Part shown: positions 15,592 through 16,351 of the stretch, piece by piece
Numbering within the stretch: position 1 is the stretch's first letter
Layout of the letters: every line of letters starts with the position of its first letter
NCBI GenBank assembly: GCA_016207035.1
Contig: JACQQJ010000140.1
Span: forward strand, 1 to 16,351
From: Nitrospinota bacterium
GTDB taxonomy: Bacteria; Nitrospinota; Nitrospinia; UBA9942
Direction of reading: 5' to 3'
Length of the DNA stretch: 16,351 bases
Notes under the pieces: model-generated
Seen by the model: only the letters and a program-made list of their open reading frames with translations
Database searches by the model: none
What the model was told of the DNA's origin: nothing
Translations under genes and position numbers: made by a program

Positions 15592-16318
15592 TTTTTCTCA
15601 TCGGTTTTAAACTTAAGAGAAATGATATTAAGTGCCACCTTTCTTCCTCAGCTATATCTGAGAATACAGGCATCGGTGTGCCTTCAATACCAGTAGTCAG
15701 TATTCTGAATATATCCCTTGGAGTTGAACCGCCTCTGTATATTCCCCTTTTAAAATTTCTTGGTTTGATTTTATTCCCCCACATATCTTCCAGTTCCTCT
15801 GCAGAAGAACCCCTCCCATCTCCAGTCTCACCATGACATAAATCACAGCCATTATCCTTATAAGCCTCCGCTCCCCTTTTAATAGATTCTGGAGAGTCTA
15901 TATAGAGAGGGACTGGAGGGATGTTGATTGATGCAGTAAGCCTCTCTTTGATCCATCTCGCTGAAAATGTCTTGATATATTCTATTACAGCCATCCTCTC
16001 TCGCTCAGGCACTAATACATAACTTGGCATGGAACTTCCAGGGAGTCCTTTCGTAATGGTGTTCATTAAATCTTCATCTGTAGGTAATGCACCCTGTGGA
16101 GTAGATTTAAATTTAAAGACACCTGTAGTAAAATCTCTCGGTTTAACAACTAAAAGTGTTGCTGCCTTACCTTTACCATCCCCTTTCTCACCATGACACC
16201 CTATACAGTATTTCTTATATACCTCATAACCTCTGTTTATTAATTCATCTGCCATTGCAAAGACAGGAATAAAAAATATACATGCAAAAAGAATTAATTG
16301 AGTTGTCCCTTTTTTCAT
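15584..16318 (-). CDS. Dihaem c-type cytochrome (class I, c4/CcoP-like soluble domain pair) with signal peptide
   Basis: The 244-aa protein has two CXXCH sites (CIGCH, CDLCH), each followed by a Met-containing segment (SSMP, GTPMP). An N-terminal signal MKKGTTQLILFACIFFIPVFAMA is present. It is translationally coupled to ccoN. Confidence 0.75.
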   Translation of the reverse strand: MKKGTTQLILFACIFFIPVFAMADELINRGYEVYKKYCIGCHGEKGDGKGKAATLLVVKPRDFTTGVFKFKSTPQGALPTDEDLMNTITKGLPGSSMPSYVLVPERERMAVIEYIKTFSARWIKERLTASINIPPVPLYIDSPESIKRGAEAYKDNGCDLCHGETGDGRGSSAEELEDMWGNKIKPRNFKRGIYRGGSTPRDIFRILTTGIEGTPMPVFSDIAEEERWHLISFLLSLKPMRKNE

Positions 16319-16351
16319 AAAATTAAACCTAACCCGAATAAATCGGAAAAG

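Noticed and set aside
15584-16318. Off-by-one discrepancy between my manual position count and the ORF-track end (16318 vs 16319) for the dihaem cytochrome gene
   Set aside because: This is probably a counting slip on my side. I kept the computed ORF-track coordinate.

Overview
All substantial genes in this 16.35 kb window lie on the minus strand, with about 40% GC. The window reads as a nitrogen-metabolism and respiratory island. Positions below are window coordinates; the order given is the direction of transcription.

(1) A cbb3-type haem-copper oxidase cluster with atypical architecture. A secreted dihaem cytochrome c overlaps ccoN by 8 nt. A 175-bp repeat-filled spacer follows, then ccoO and two small membrane proteins. 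No canonical membrane-anchored ccoP is visible in the window.

(2) A third ammonium transporter (amt3), preceded by a sigma-54-type promoter.

(3) A three-gene operon with ATGA stop/start overlaps. It encodes a NapC/NrfH-family tetrahaem quinol dehydrogenase, an octahaem (8x CXXCH) HAO-family cytochrome c, and an FGE/SUMF1-fold lipoprotein that lacks the catalytic Cys pair, as NirV does. The octahaem gene opens with slippage-prone heptanucleotide tandem repeats.

(4) An SPFH/flotillin-like membrane protein.

(5) A nitrogen-assimilation supercluster: small XRE HTH regulator, outer-membrane beta-barrel, PII (glnK), two tandem paralogous ammonium transporters, and glutamine synthetase type I (glnA). 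Downstream is a tRNA-Pro(UGG). A sigma-54 -24/-12 element sits at the head of this cluster.

Several short repeat families recur. These are hairpin-forming octamer repeats of the form NNCACCAG, heptamer tandem repeats at gene 5' ends, and a palindromic GTTTAAAC array.

The most interesting candidate is the NrfH / HAO-like octahaem / NirV-like module with its repeat-rich 5' end. The gene content (three amt genes, PII, an HAO-family octahaem) would suit an ammonium-centred anaerobic N-cycle bacterium, possibly an anammox planctomycete. This cannot be established from this sequence alone.
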